This document shows, in pieces, positions 29,119 to 37,638 of a DNA stretch of 64,000 nucleotides. The notes beneath the pieces are model-generated. The model was not told where the DNA came from and made no database searches. It worked only from the letters and a program-made list of their open reading frames with translations. Numbering within the stretch: position 1 is the stretch's first letter; every line of letters begins with the position of its first letter. Where the stretch lies: assembly GCA_934435195.1 (NCBI GenBank), contig CAKSAJ010000008.1, positions 18,382-82,381 on the forward strand. The letters are read 5' to 3'. Both the position numbers and the translations under genes were made by a program. The DNA is from an uncultured Schaedlerella sp. (GTDB lineage Bacteria; Bacillota; Clostridia; Lachnospirales; Lachnospiraceae).

Positions 29119-29343
29119 ATGGATATTAGAGTTTCGCTGAAACAGGCATTAAAAAGTCTAGAAGATCGTAGAGAACAGCTACAGCCGATAATGGATAATG
29201 TGAGCAAAGAAATCAAAGAATATGGATCGGTTAAAACGTTGCTGCAATGGCAGCTCAGATCAAAGAACTTGTGGGTCAGATTGATGAATAATATAAAATT
29301 CAGAGCAGAAGAAATTGACTTGAAAGAAATAATTTATAGATAA
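29119..29343 (+). CDS. Hypothetical small protein (start uncertain)
   Basis: ORF-track frame 29020-29343 begins inside the terminator hairpin. An internal start MDIRVSL with aaagga just upstream is more plausible. No homology recognised. Confidence 0.25.
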   Translation: MDIRVSLKQALKSLEDRREQLQPIMDNVSKEIKEYGSVKTLLQWQLRSKNLWVRLMNNIKFRAEEIDLKEIIYR

Positions 29344-29518
29344 AATTTTAGTGGTGGTTAAAAAATGACTTTTTATAGTATAAAAATCGCAAGAATATGC
29401 GAAGATGTATTGAGATATAAAGAAATATAGTTGACGGTATGAAGTTATAGAGATATAGTTAAACTAAGAATATAAAGGTAGAATATTGTGATTCTTTAAT
29501 ATTAGAGGAATTAGAAAT

Positions 29519-29725
29519 ATGAGGATTAATTATAAAAAATTATGGGTTATGTTAGCTGAAAAAGAAATATCACAGGTGAAATTTCGAAAAGATTTAAATA
29601 TAGCCACAGGAACGATGACAAAGCTGCGTAGGAACGAAGAAGTTGCATTATCTGTATTGCTCCGAATATGCAAATATTTGGAGTGTAATATTGGCGACAT
29701 ATGCGATGCAGAGCTGATTGAATGA
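29519..29725 (+). CDS. XRE-family (Cro/CI-type) HTH transcriptional regulator
   Basis: 68 aa. ISQVKFRKDLNIATGTMTKLRRNEEVALSVLLRICKYLECNIGDI is a classic HTH_XRE core. Promoter-like ttgacg-17-tatagt at ~29432-29460. Confidence 0.7.
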   Translation: MRINYKKLWVMLAEKEISQVKFRKDLNIATGTMTKLRRNEEVALSVLLRICKYLECNIGDICDAELIE

Positions 29726-29744
29726 GAGAGTACAAAAGAGAAAC

Positions 29745-29872
29745 AAAGTAGTGTCATATTGTACAAATTGTGGGAAAAGAGTTGAAGATACATTTGTTTT
29801 TTGCCCGGAATGTGGTAATAAAATAAATTTAGACTATAGGAAATCTGATACAGAAAATATGAAGAACAAATA
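29745..29872 (+). CDS. Possible 42-aa zinc-ribbon peptide (GTG start)
   Basis: VSYCTNCGKRVEDTFVFCPECGNKI has two CxxC pairs. It is in the same frame as the downstream TM2 gene, separated by a single TAA. Confidence 0.25.
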
Positions 29873-29899
29873 AAAATATCTCCAAAATGTAAAGCTGAA

Positions 29900-30193
29900 A
29901 TGCCAGAAGATGCTTTTTATTGCATATGTTGCGGGGAAGCTTTTGAAGAATGTCAAAAAGATTTTGAGACTGTACAGATGCAGGTCAAACGGCAATTTGG
30001 AACGTGGAAAAATAAATGGATAGCATTGTTTTTGTGTATTTTTCTAGGATGGATTGGTGCACATAGATATTATGAGGGAAAAACGATTTCTGCGTTGATT
30101 TATACATTTACGCTGGGTATTTTGGGAATTGGATGGGGTGTAGATATTATTAGATTAGCATTTAAGCCTAACCCATATTTAGCAAAGAGATAA
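29900..30193 (+). CDS. Zinc-ribbon + TM2 domain membrane protein
   Basis: N-terminal CICCGEAFEEC. C-terminal IALFLCIFLGWIGAHRYYEGKTISALIYTFTLGILGIGWGVDIIRLAF is the TM2-domain two-helix signature. Confidence 0.6.
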   Translation: MPEDAFYCICCGEAFEECQKDFETVQMQVKRQFGTWKNKWIALFLCIFLGWIGAHRYYEGKTISALIYTFTLGILGIGWGVDIIRLAFKPNPYLAKR

Positions 30194-30211
30194 AAAACGG
30201 GAGGATTAAGC

Positions 30212-31306
30212 ATGAATTACTGCTCAAAATGTGGAGAAAAACTAGTTGATGGAGCCAAGTTTTGTCAGAAATGCGGAACACCTGTTCATGATGGCTTTTA
30301 TAAAGACTCAGAAGAGAGACAGAAGGTGTACGAAGGAAAAATATATAAATGCCCAAATTGCGGAGAAGTGCTTAAATCCTTTGCAAGAAATTGTCCGGCA
30401 TGTGGATTTGAATTGCGAGGAACAAAGGCCACGAGTGCAGTTCGAGAATTTGTTTTAAAATTAGAAGCAATAGAGGCAAGACGAGAATATGAAAAACCAA
30501 AAGGTATTTTTTCAGCTTCACAGAATCAAATAAATATATCCAAAACGGATGAGCAAAAGATTAACTTGATTCAGAATTTTTCTGTACCGAATACAAGGGA
30601 AGATATGTTAGAATTTATGATTTTGGCTACTTCAAATATAAATATGAAATCATATGATTCTGCTAATTCAAGTATTACTAAGGGAGAAAAAGCAATAACA
30701 GATGCTTGGAATTCGAAAATTAAACAGGTATATGAAAAAGCGAAAAGATCATATGGAGATGCAGCGGATTTTGCTGAAATTCAAGAATTATACGATAAAT
30801 CAAATTTTGAAATAAAGAAAGCAAAAAAAACTGGAATTATAAAATGGGGATTGATGTTTGGATGGATTCCAATTTTGTTTATTATAGTTTTTTCAGTATT
30901 AGGAATTAAGGCACCTGGAGCAGAAAAAAAAGAAATTGCCAGAATGGAAAGTATATATAAAGAAGCGCAGACTGCTTTGGAAAATGATGAATATAAAAGA
31001 GCATTATTAAATGCAGAGGGGCTTGTATATAGCCCGAATATAACAAATGGAAATACGGAGGAATTGAAACGTCAGTGGGATATTAAAAGAGAGTTATTAC
31101 TAGATGAAATTTTGAAAGAGGCTGAAAAAAATGGTATAGAACTTGAATATACACCACAAGATGATACAACATTAGATGATACTTCATCAAAAGGAGGATT
31201 CATTCAGGGTATAAAAGATGGTGCACAGCCTGGAATTGATGCAGCAAAAGAAAACATTGATGAGTTTAATAAGATTATGAATGGTGAGGATGAAAAAGAA
31301 AAGTAG
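30212..31306 (+). CDS. Double zinc-ribbon membrane protein, function unknown
   Basis: MNYCSKCGEKLVDGAKFCQKCGTPV and CPNCGEVLKSFARNCPACGFEL (two zinc ribbons). Single TM segment IIKWGLMFGWIPILFIIVFSVLGI. Charged helical C-terminus. Confidence 0.55.
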   Translation: MNYCSKCGEKLVDGAKFCQKCGTPVHDGFYKDSEERQKVYEGKIYKCPNCGEVLKSFARNCPACGFELRGTKATSAVREFVLKLEAIEARREYEKPKGIFSASQNQINISKTDEQKINLIQNFSVPNTREDMLEFMILATSNINMKSYDSANSSITKGEKAITDAWNSKIKQVYEKAKRSYGDAADFAEIQELYDKSNFEIKKAKKTGIIKWGLMFGWIPILFIIVFSVLGIKAPGAEKKEIARMESIYKEAQTALENDEYKRALLNAEGLVYSPNITNGNTEELKRQWDIKRELLLDEILKEAEKNGIELEYTPQDDTTLDDTSSKGGFIQGIKDGAQPGIDAAKENIDEFNKIMNGEDEKEK

Positions 31307-31319
31307 GAGGAAGTGTGAG

Positions 31320-32681
31320 ATGGGATTGTTTAGCAGAAACACTGGAGGGCTTATGGATTCTATTCGATGTGATGAGCCTTCATACTTGATATGGAAATGG
31401 CATCCGACTGGAGCAAATACAAGAAATAACAATAGGGAGAATGCAATTCGTTGGGGATCTTCCTTAAGAGTAAAAGATGGTGAAGTTGCAGTATTTGTAT
31501 ATAAGCAAAAAGATGGAATCATGCAAGATTTTATTGTTGGTCCATTTGATCAGACAATAAAAACAGTAAATTTTCCTGTGCTTGCGAGTATTGTGGGATT
31601 AGCTTACGATGGAGGAACACCGTTTCAAGCAGAGGTATATTTTATAAATCTTGCTCAAATCGTACAGATAAAGTTTGGGGTACCGTTTTTTGACGTGTAT
31701 GATCCACGTTTTGAGGATTTTGGAGTGCCAGTGGCCGTAAGAGGAACTATTAGCTTTAAAATTACTGATTACCGCCAATTTATCAAGTTACATAGATTAA
31801 GTAATTTTAGCCTTGATGATTTTCAAAAGCAGATTCGGGATGTAGTAATTAGATATGTAAAAGATGCCGTTGCAAATGCTCCGGCAATGAATAATATACC
31901 GCTAGTACAAATTGAATCTAAAACGTCGCAGATTAATGATACTATTGAATACGATATCAGTGAAAGATTGAAGGAAGATTTTGGGGTAGATGTATCTGGA
32001 ATTGATATAGGAGCAATTGAGATTGATAAATCAAGTGAAGGGTACAGACAACTTATGAGTGTAACCAAAGATGTAACTACAGAAACTGTTAAAGCAGAAA
32101 CAGCAGCTAAGGTAAAAGATATTGCAGATCGACAGCGAATAGATGTGGAACATTACGGAGAGAGCTTACGGATTCAGAGGGAAGAAGCTCAATATGCACA
32201 GCATAAACAAACACAAACGAATAATATAGGAGCCTTTCAAGTTGAAAAGCAAGCAGAAGTTGGAATCGCAGGTGCTGAAGCGTTGGGGAAAATGGCATCT
32301 AATAGTGCAGGAAATGTAAATCTTTCTGGCAGTGGAGATGGTTTTAATATGGCGGCGATGATGGCAAGCATGGCTGTTGGTGGAGCAGTGGGACAAAATA
32401 TAGCAGGTTCTATGAATAATATGATGTCAGGAATGAATCAATCAGTACAGAGTGTCGCAACACCACCTCCAGTTCCGGGCATTTCGTATTATGTTGCAAT
32501 AAATGGACAGGCAACGGGACCATATGACTTTAGTATTTTAAAGCAAATGTTGAAAGTAGGAGAGCTTACAACAGAAAGTTTAGTGTGGAAAACGGGAATG
32601 GTTGAATGGAAAAAAGCAGGAAGTGTAGATGAATTAAAACAATTATTTCCTGATATTCCACCAATTCCATCTCAAAACTAA
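31320..32681 (+). CDS. SPFH/Band-7 (Band_7_1, 'virion core protein'-like) domain protein with C-terminal DUF4339 (GYF-like) domain
   Basis: N-terminal MGLFSRNTGGLMDSIRCDEPSYLIWKWHP... resembles Band_7_1-family SPFH proteins. C-terminal ISYYVAINGQATGPYDFSILKQMLKVGELTTESLVWKTGMVEWKKAGSVDEL is the DUF4339 pattern. SD aggagg 9 nt before the ATG at 31320. Confidence 0.55.
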   Translation: MGLFSRNTGGLMDSIRCDEPSYLIWKWHPTGANTRNNNRENAIRWGSSLRVKDGEVAVFVYKQKDGIMQDFIVGPFDQTIKTVNFPVLASIVGLAYDGGTPFQAEVYFINLAQIVQIKFGVPFFDVYDPRFEDFGVPVAVRGTISFKITDYRQFIKLHRLSNFSLDDFQKQIRDVVIRYVKDAVANAPAMNNIPLVQIESKTSQINDTIEYDISERLKEDFGVDVSGIDIGAIEIDKSSEGYRQLMSVTKDVTTETVKAETAAKVKDIADRQRIDVEHYGESLRIQREEAQYAQHKQTQTNNIGAFQVEKQAEVGIAGAEALGKMASNSAGNVNLSGSGDGFNMAAMMASMAVGGAVGQNIAGSMNNMMSGMNQSVQSVATPPPVPGISYYVAINGQATGPYDFSILKQMLKVGELTTESLVWKTGMVEWKKAGSVDELKQLFPDIPPIPSQN

Positions 32682-32683
32682 AA

Positions 32684-33160
32684 ATGTCTAATTGGCAGAG
32701 AAGAAGGAAAAATATGAAAAAATTAGATACCGAAATATTGAAAACATGGTTGAAATCCGGATGGCAATTCTTGTTAGATGAAATAAGAACATATAATAAA
32801 GAAGAATGTGAACAAGCATTTGCAGATGCAGTAGAAATAGGAATTAGCAACACAGTTTCAGCATTATACGATGCAAATGTTTCAGAAGAAGAAATCGGAA
32901 GAGCATTGAACAAATTTTGGGGCATTAACAAAAATGAAGCAGATGAAAGAATTCTATATGAAAAAAGTAATGCTATAATAAGGGAATTAAAACATTATTT
33001 GAAAATGCAAGGATATTCGGATCAGGAATTAAAACAACTTGCAATGAATACGGGTGCATTTTCTAAAATTAGACATGATAAAGAGATGTGGAAATTAAAA
33101 GGTTCACCAGAAAAAGTATATAAGATGTTGACAAAAAATAATGATATTAAAAGAAAATAA
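32684..33160 (+). CDS. Hypothetical protein
   Basis: 158-aa ORF with a 2-bp gap after the SPFH gene. No recognised domain. Confidence 0.4.
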   Translation: MSNWQRRRKNMKKLDTEILKTWLKSGWQFLLDEIRTYNKEECEQAFADAVEIGISNTVSALYDANVSEEEIGRALNKFWGINKNEADERILYEKSNAIIRELKHYLKMQGYSDQELKQLAMNTGAFSKIRHDKEMWKLKGSPEKVYKMLTKNNDIKRK

Positions 33161-33199
33161 ATTTTTGACATTTTCACAGATGCGTGCTAATCTGATTAT

Positions 33200-33300
33200 A
33201 GAAAAAGAGTGCTACCGATAGACGGTTAGTCCGTTTTGTTATTTAGAATATCTATCAAAGATAACCGCTTAGTTTGCAGACAGGGCGGTTATTTTTGTGG
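33200..33300 (+). ncRNA. Candidate antisense small RNA (putative type I antitoxin) overlapping the 3' end of the minus-strand peptide gene
   Basis: Perfect -35 TTGACA at 33165-70 with TAATCT 17 bp downstream. Terminator-like hairpin ataaccgc-N16-gcggttat + ttttgtgg at 33262-33300 overlaps the stop of the peptide gene. Inferred, not demonstrated. Confidence 0.25.
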
Positions 33301-33387
33301 CTTATTATTATCCTTGCCAAAGGTATATCCAAGACCAAAGCAGGTTAAGCCGAAGCTTACCACCGCTATGAAGTCAACAATACTCAT
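33289..33387 (-). CDS. 32-aa hydrophobic peptide, candidate type I toxin (holin-like toxin class)
   Basis: Minus strand encodes MSIVDFIAVVSFGLTCFGLGYTFGKDNNKPQK, with SD aaaaggaggg 5 nt upstream. Single TM helix plus charged tail, like Hol_Tox/TxpA-type peptides. Below the 60-aa ORF-track cutoff. Confidence 0.45.
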   Translation of the reverse strand: MSIVDFIAVVSFGLTCFGLGYTFGKDNNKPQK

Positions 33388-33736
33388 GGTTTAGCCCTCC
33401 TTTTCACTGGATTCTTTTACAGGTTTCTATGTAATCAGAGGGTCACAGGTCTACACTCCGTTTCGGTCGTTGCTAAACGAGTGCCACTGGCGCTCAGCAA
33501 CCTCCGTTGAAGGACTAACCGCCTACCATTATGGTAGCACCCATAGTCTGATTATAACCGCCTAAAACTGTCGGCACAATATAAAGTTGACAGAGTATAG
33601 CAACTGTAGAAGAGAATCTTTTTGGATAGGGCTTCCGGTGCCAAGAAATTAGGTAAATAAAAATACATGGTGAAGATCAGCCGTTTTTCACTGTATTTTG
33701 GAGAAATAAATATGAGGTAAAATTGGATTAAAGTAT

Positions 33737-33772
33737 CGTGAAGGTGGACGTACTGTAGAATCAGGACGTGTT
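33737..33772 (+). repeat. Imperfect direct repeat copy B (cgtgaagGTGGACGTACTGTAGaATCAGgACGTGTT)
   Basis: Pairs with copy A at 28880-28914; the two bracket ~4.8 kb of small accessory genes. Confidence 0.5.
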
Positions 33773-34003
33773 TATGTACCATTTAATCATATGGAGTAAG
33801 AAGAAACATTGAATAAAGCAAGGTCTAAATTCTGTGTACATGAACGAAGGTATGTGGAAGAAAAGTATTGGAACAATCCAGATTATTTGTTTGATTGGAC
33901 GGATGGGAGTTTATACAGGGAGAATATTATGCTGTTGACATTCGATGGGAATTGCCATTAAAATTATTGTTGCGAAGGTTACAGTAAAAGGAGTATGGTG
34001 TCA

Positions 34004-34978
34004 ATGCAAAAGAAACCTAAAAGTATTAATGCGCTGATGGCATATATGCGAGATGAAAAAGGATTGAATATTTCTGGAAGTAGTGATAAGAAAAAACTTA
34101 GATATATGGGTTATTTCCATGGATATAAGGGGTATCGTTATCATAATAATCCGGCGAATACGTATGCATTCAATTCTTTTGATGAGGTGCAGGCAATCTA
34201 TGACTTTGATATGGCGATTAAGACAATGTTTTATCCGGAGATAATGTTCTTGGAAACTGCATTTAAAAACTATGTTTTGGAAGTTATTTTGGAAGATGCT
34301 AAAAGTAAAAGATTTGCGGATATATATGCGAAATTGTTAACGGATTACAAAGCTTATCCGATAGGTAGTAATGATTATAAAAAAGCAATCAATAAAAGAA
34401 TGAATCTTAGAAATAAAGTATATAGCCTTATTTCCCGAGATTATGGTAAGCGGTTTATAGTGAATCATTATTATGACAAGGATCAGCCGCTTCCTATATG
34501 GGCAATCTTTGAATTGATTAGCCTTGGTGAATTTGGTACATTTGTAGATTGTCTTGATCCAAATACCAGGAAAAAAGTTTCTAAGAGTGTAGGGATAAAG
34601 GTTGCTTATGACCGGGATGGTAAATTGTTACCATTGATCGTATATGCATTAAAGGATTTAAGAAATGCTGTAGCACACAATAATACGATTTTTGATGCCC
34701 GATTTAAAACGGGTAAGGTAAGCTTGAGAATTGCTAAGTGTATAAGTGTAGAGACCGGAATTAACAATATTACATTCGAGTCTATTGTTGATTATGTGAT
34801 TCTTATAAGCTTTATGATGAAACTATTAGAGTGTCCAAAGAAGAAAATTATGGCATTTATTCGTTTGTTCGAAAAGAACTGTGAAGAACTTAGGGGAAAG
34901 GTTTCTACATCCATTTTCAACACAGTTGTGTATACAGATACCAGAACGAAGTTGAATTTATTGAAAAAATATTTGTAG
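34004..34978 (+). CDS. Abi_2 family (AbiD/AbiF-like) abortive-infection protein
   Basis: LRYMGYFHGYKGYRYHNN...FNSFDEVQAIYDFDMAIKTMFYPEIMFLETAFKNYVLEV matches the Abi_2 N-terminal pattern (nigYYrLsgY..., fddl..LYeFDreLR..l...ie.iEi.lr). ATG at 34004 has SD aaggag. Confidence 0.65.
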   Translation: MQKKPKSINALMAYMRDEKGLNISGSSDKKKLRYMGYFHGYKGYRYHNNPANTYAFNSFDEVQAIYDFDMAIKTMFYPEIMFLETAFKNYVLEVILEDAKSKRFADIYAKLLTDYKAYPIGSNDYKKAINKRMNLRNKVYSLISRDYGKRFIVNHYYDKDQPLPIWAIFELISLGEFGTFVDCLDPNTRKKVSKSVGIKVAYDRDGKLLPLIVYALKDLRNAVAHNNTIFDARFKTGKVSLRIAKCISVETGINNITFESIVDYVILISFMMKLLECPKKKIMAFIRLFEKNCEELRGKVSTSIFNTVVYTDTRTKLNLLKKYL

Positions 34979-35191
34979 AGAATTCAAAAATATTTGTGGA
35001 AAATTCAAAAGTTCTATTGCATAAAAGTTTTCATTATGGCATAATATATTACAGAATTGCGGCGGACGTCTGCGGACTATGCCTAAGGGAGTTGGATGCG
35101 TCCGGCTTCCTTTTTTACTTTTTAGCAAATATACATATAACATTATCGACCAAAATTATCTGGGAAGTGTAATATAAGAAAAGGATAATAC

Positions 35192-36004
35192 ATGAGTAAA
35201 AGAAATAGAAAAAAGAAAAATAAGGCAGGAAATATCATTTCCACTATCATATTGATTATAGCTGTCTGTGTATTTGTGGTTGCTGCATATCAGTTACTCC
35301 TTAATGTTCTCCCGTATTATCAGGGCGGGAAAGACTATGATAAGGTAAAAAAACTTGCAGTTTGGACGGACGGCACAGACGATAAAGATGCAAAAACTTC
35401 AGGTGAAGAACAAGTAGGGGAAGCAGCTTCAGGATTCAAAGTAGATTTTGCAACACTATTGGAGATGAATCCGGATACAGTAGCGTGGATTCGATTTGAT
35501 GAGCCGTCGATCATTAGTTATCCGGTAGTAAAAAGCCAGGATAACAATGAATATTTGACAAAGACATTTACAGCAAATGACAATAAATTGGGAGCAATCT
35601 TTGTTGATAAAGACTGTGCATCAGATTTTTTGGGAAGAAATACGTTAATCTACGGACATCATTTGAATTATGGCGGGGAGATGTTTTCGAGATTAAATGA
35701 ATATGCGGATGAGAGCTTTTGTAAGGCACATCCATATTTCTATATTTACACACCGGATGGAAAAACGAGAACATATCAGGTGTTCAGTGCCGGTGTTGTG
35801 AAGGATACTGCGGATAATTATATCCTGTCCTATGCGACAGACGAAGATTTTATGAAATATATTGAACTGTGCAGGAGCACATCTAATTATGCTGTGGATG
35901 TAGAGGTAAATGCACAATCCAAAATTGTAAGTTTGTCTACATGCACGAATGTGAATGAAGACGAAAGATTTTTGTTACAAGGTGTATTGGTAGAAGAAAA
36001 ATAG
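35192..36004 (+). CDS. srtB: Class B sortase
   Basis: N-terminal TM anchor, NTLIYGHH, catalytic SKIVSLSTCTN (TLxTC) and C-terminal Arg region. Length and motifs fit SrtB. Confidence 0.75.
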   Translation: MSKRNRKKKNKAGNIISTIILIIAVCVFVVAAYQLLLNVLPYYQGGKDYDKVKKLAVWTDGTDDKDAKTSGEEQVGEAASGFKVDFATLLEMNPDTVAWIRFDEPSIISYPVVKSQDNNEYLTKTFTANDNKLGAIFVDKDCASDFLGRNTLIYGHHLNYGGEMFSRLNEYADESFCKAHPYFYIYTPDGKTRTYQVFSAGVVKDTADNYILSYATDEDFMKYIELCRSTSNYAVDVEVNAQSKIVSLSTCTNVNEDERFLLQGVLVEEK

Positions 36005-36014
36005 GAGGAGAGGC

Positions 36015-36203
36015 ATGGCAGATCGTTTTGCAGTAGGAGATATTATTCGAATGAAAAAACCGCATCCATGCGGAAGTCATGAGTGGGAAATCCTTCGTGT
36101 CGGAGCAGATTTCCGTTTGAAATGTGAAGGCTGCGGGCATCAGGTTATGGTGTCTAGAAAATTGGTTGAAAAAAATACAAAAGAAATACGAAAAAAGGCT
36201 TGA
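36015..36203 (+). CDS. DUF951 family small protein (YyzM-like)
   Basis: MADRFAVGDIIRMKKPHPCGSHEWEILRVGADFRLKCEGCGHQVMVSRKLVEK is the conserved DUF951 sequence usually found upstream of rpsF. Confidence 0.7.
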   Translation: MADRFAVGDIIRMKKPHPCGSHEWEILRVGADFRLKCEGCGHQVMVSRKLVEKNTKEIRKKA

Positions 36204-36324
36204 AAGAAATAGAACACTATGATAAAATAGCAAATTGTGACATGCCGTTTAAATAAACGGTTGAAAACATTTCCTTGCTCTCGTGCAAAGTCGAGGGCCA
36301 GAGACCAAAAGGAGGTAAAAACAC

Positions 36325-36612
36325 ATGAACAAGTATGAATTAGCTGTTGTTGTCAGCGCTAAAATCGAAGACGACGCTAGAGCAGAAGTCATTGAAAAAG
36401 TGAAAGATCTGATCACTCGTGTAGGTGGTAATGTAACAGACGTCGATGAATGGGGTAAGAGAAGATTTGCTTACGAAATTCAGAAGATGAAAGAAGGATT
36501 CTACTACTTCATCCACTTCGAGGCTGAGAGTACTGTTCCTGCAGAGTTGGAACAGCGTATCCGTATCATGGATCACGTTCTCAGATATTTATGCGTTAGA
36601 CAGGATGCATAA
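36325..36612 (+). CDS. rpsF: 30S ribosomal protein S6
   Basis: MNKYELAVVVSAKIEDDARAEVIEKVKDLITRVGGNVTDVDEWGKRRFAYEI... Canonical S6 in the rpsF-ssb-rpsR arrangement. Confidence 0.9.
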   Translation: MNKYELAVVVSAKIEDDARAEVIEKVKDLITRVGGNVTDVDEWGKRRFAYEIQKMKEGFYYFIHFEAESTVPAELEQRIRIMDHVLRYLCVRQDA

Positions 36613-36627
36613 TAGAAAGAGGTATAT

Positions 36628-37080
36628 ATGAACAAGGTAGTTTTGGTAGGAAGATTAACCAGAGACCCGGAAGTTAGATATTCTCAGGGTGACAGCTCAA
36701 CAGCAGTTGCCAGATATACATTAGCAGTAGACCGCAGATTTAAAAGAGATAATGAACCAAGCGCAGATTTTATTCCGTGTGTTGTGTTCGGTCGTTCAGG
36801 TGAATTTGCAGAAAAATATTTCCGTCAGGGAATGCGCGTTTCCGTTTCCGGTCGTATCCAGACAGGAAGCTATACAAATAAGGATGGCGTAAGAGTCTAC
36901 ACTACTGAGGTAATCGTAGAAGAACAGGAATTTGCTGAAAGCAGAGCAGAGAGTGAAGCGAACAGAGGTGCGTTCCACCAGTCAGCTCCTAGCCAGGCAG
37001 CACCATCACCAAGCGTTGATGCCGGAGATGGCTTCATGAATATTCCAGATGGAATCGATGAGGAGTTACCGTTTAACTAA
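36628..37080 (+). CDS. ssb: Single-stranded DNA-binding protein
   Basis: MNKVVLVGRLTRDPEVRYSQGD...FIPCVVFGRSGEFAEKYFRQGMRVSVSGRIQTGSYTNKDGVRVYTTEVIV OB-fold core, Gly/Pro/Gln-rich tail and acidic C-terminal DEELPF. Confidence 0.9.
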   Translation: MNKVVLVGRLTRDPEVRYSQGDSSTAVARYTLAVDRRFKRDNEPSADFIPCVVFGRSGEFAEKYFRQGMRVSVSGRIQTGSYTNKDGVRVYTTEVIVEEQEFAESRAESEANRGAFHQSAPSQAAPSPSVDAGDGFMNIPDGIDEELPFN

Positions 37081-37104
37081 AGTCTGACTTCCAAATGAAT
37101 AAAT

Positions 37105-37386
37105 ATGGAGGTAAACGAAATGGCTTACGAAAAAGGTAGCAAACCAGAAGGCGGCTTCAAGAGAAGAGGCCCAGCACGCAGAAGAAAAAAAGTTTGCGTA
37201 TTCTGTGGTAAAGAAAATAACGAAATCGATTACAAAGACGTTGCAAAATTAAAGAAATATGTTTCTGAAAGAGGAAAAATTCTTCCAAGAAGAATCACAG
37301 GAAACTGTGCAAAACATCAGAGAGCTCTTACAGTAGCAATCAAGAGAGCAAGACACATTTCTTTGATGCCATACGTCCAAGACTAA
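37105..37386 (+). CDS. rpsR: 30S ribosomal protein S18
   Basis: [60 protein letters not shown]. Confidence 0.9.
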   Translation: MEVNEMAYEKGSKPEGGFKRRGPARRRKKVCVFCGKENNEIDYKDVAKLKKYVSERGKILPRRITGNCAKHQRALTVAIKRARHISLMPYVQD

Positions 37387-37482
37387 GCCTTATAAATAGG
37401 GCGTTTGCGAACAGGTTTATCCAATTTTACACCACTTTTACACCAATTGTGGGATAAAAATTGGAGGTAACGAATTCGAAAA

Positions 37483-37516
37483 GATCTAGAACCGTCATTA
37501 CGTGTGTAATGGCGGT
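37483..37516 (+). terminator. Rho-independent terminator of the rpsF-ssb-rpsR operon
   Basis: ccgtcattac-gtgt-gtaatggcgg (10-bp stem with one G-U pair) followed by tttttt. Confidence 0.6.
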
Positions 37517-37638
37517 TTTTTACTAAAAATATCTGAACAAATCATATCAATAAAAAATCGAAAAAACATCACCCAAACAAGATAATATATAATTCCAAAT
37601 AAAATGGTAATTGGTGTCTCATTTTCAAATTCAAAGGT

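Noticed and set aside
29020-29343. 107-aa ORF with start at 29020
   Set aside because: Start codon is inside the 28991-29021 terminator hairpin. Only a shorter internal start is plausible, and even that is low confidence.
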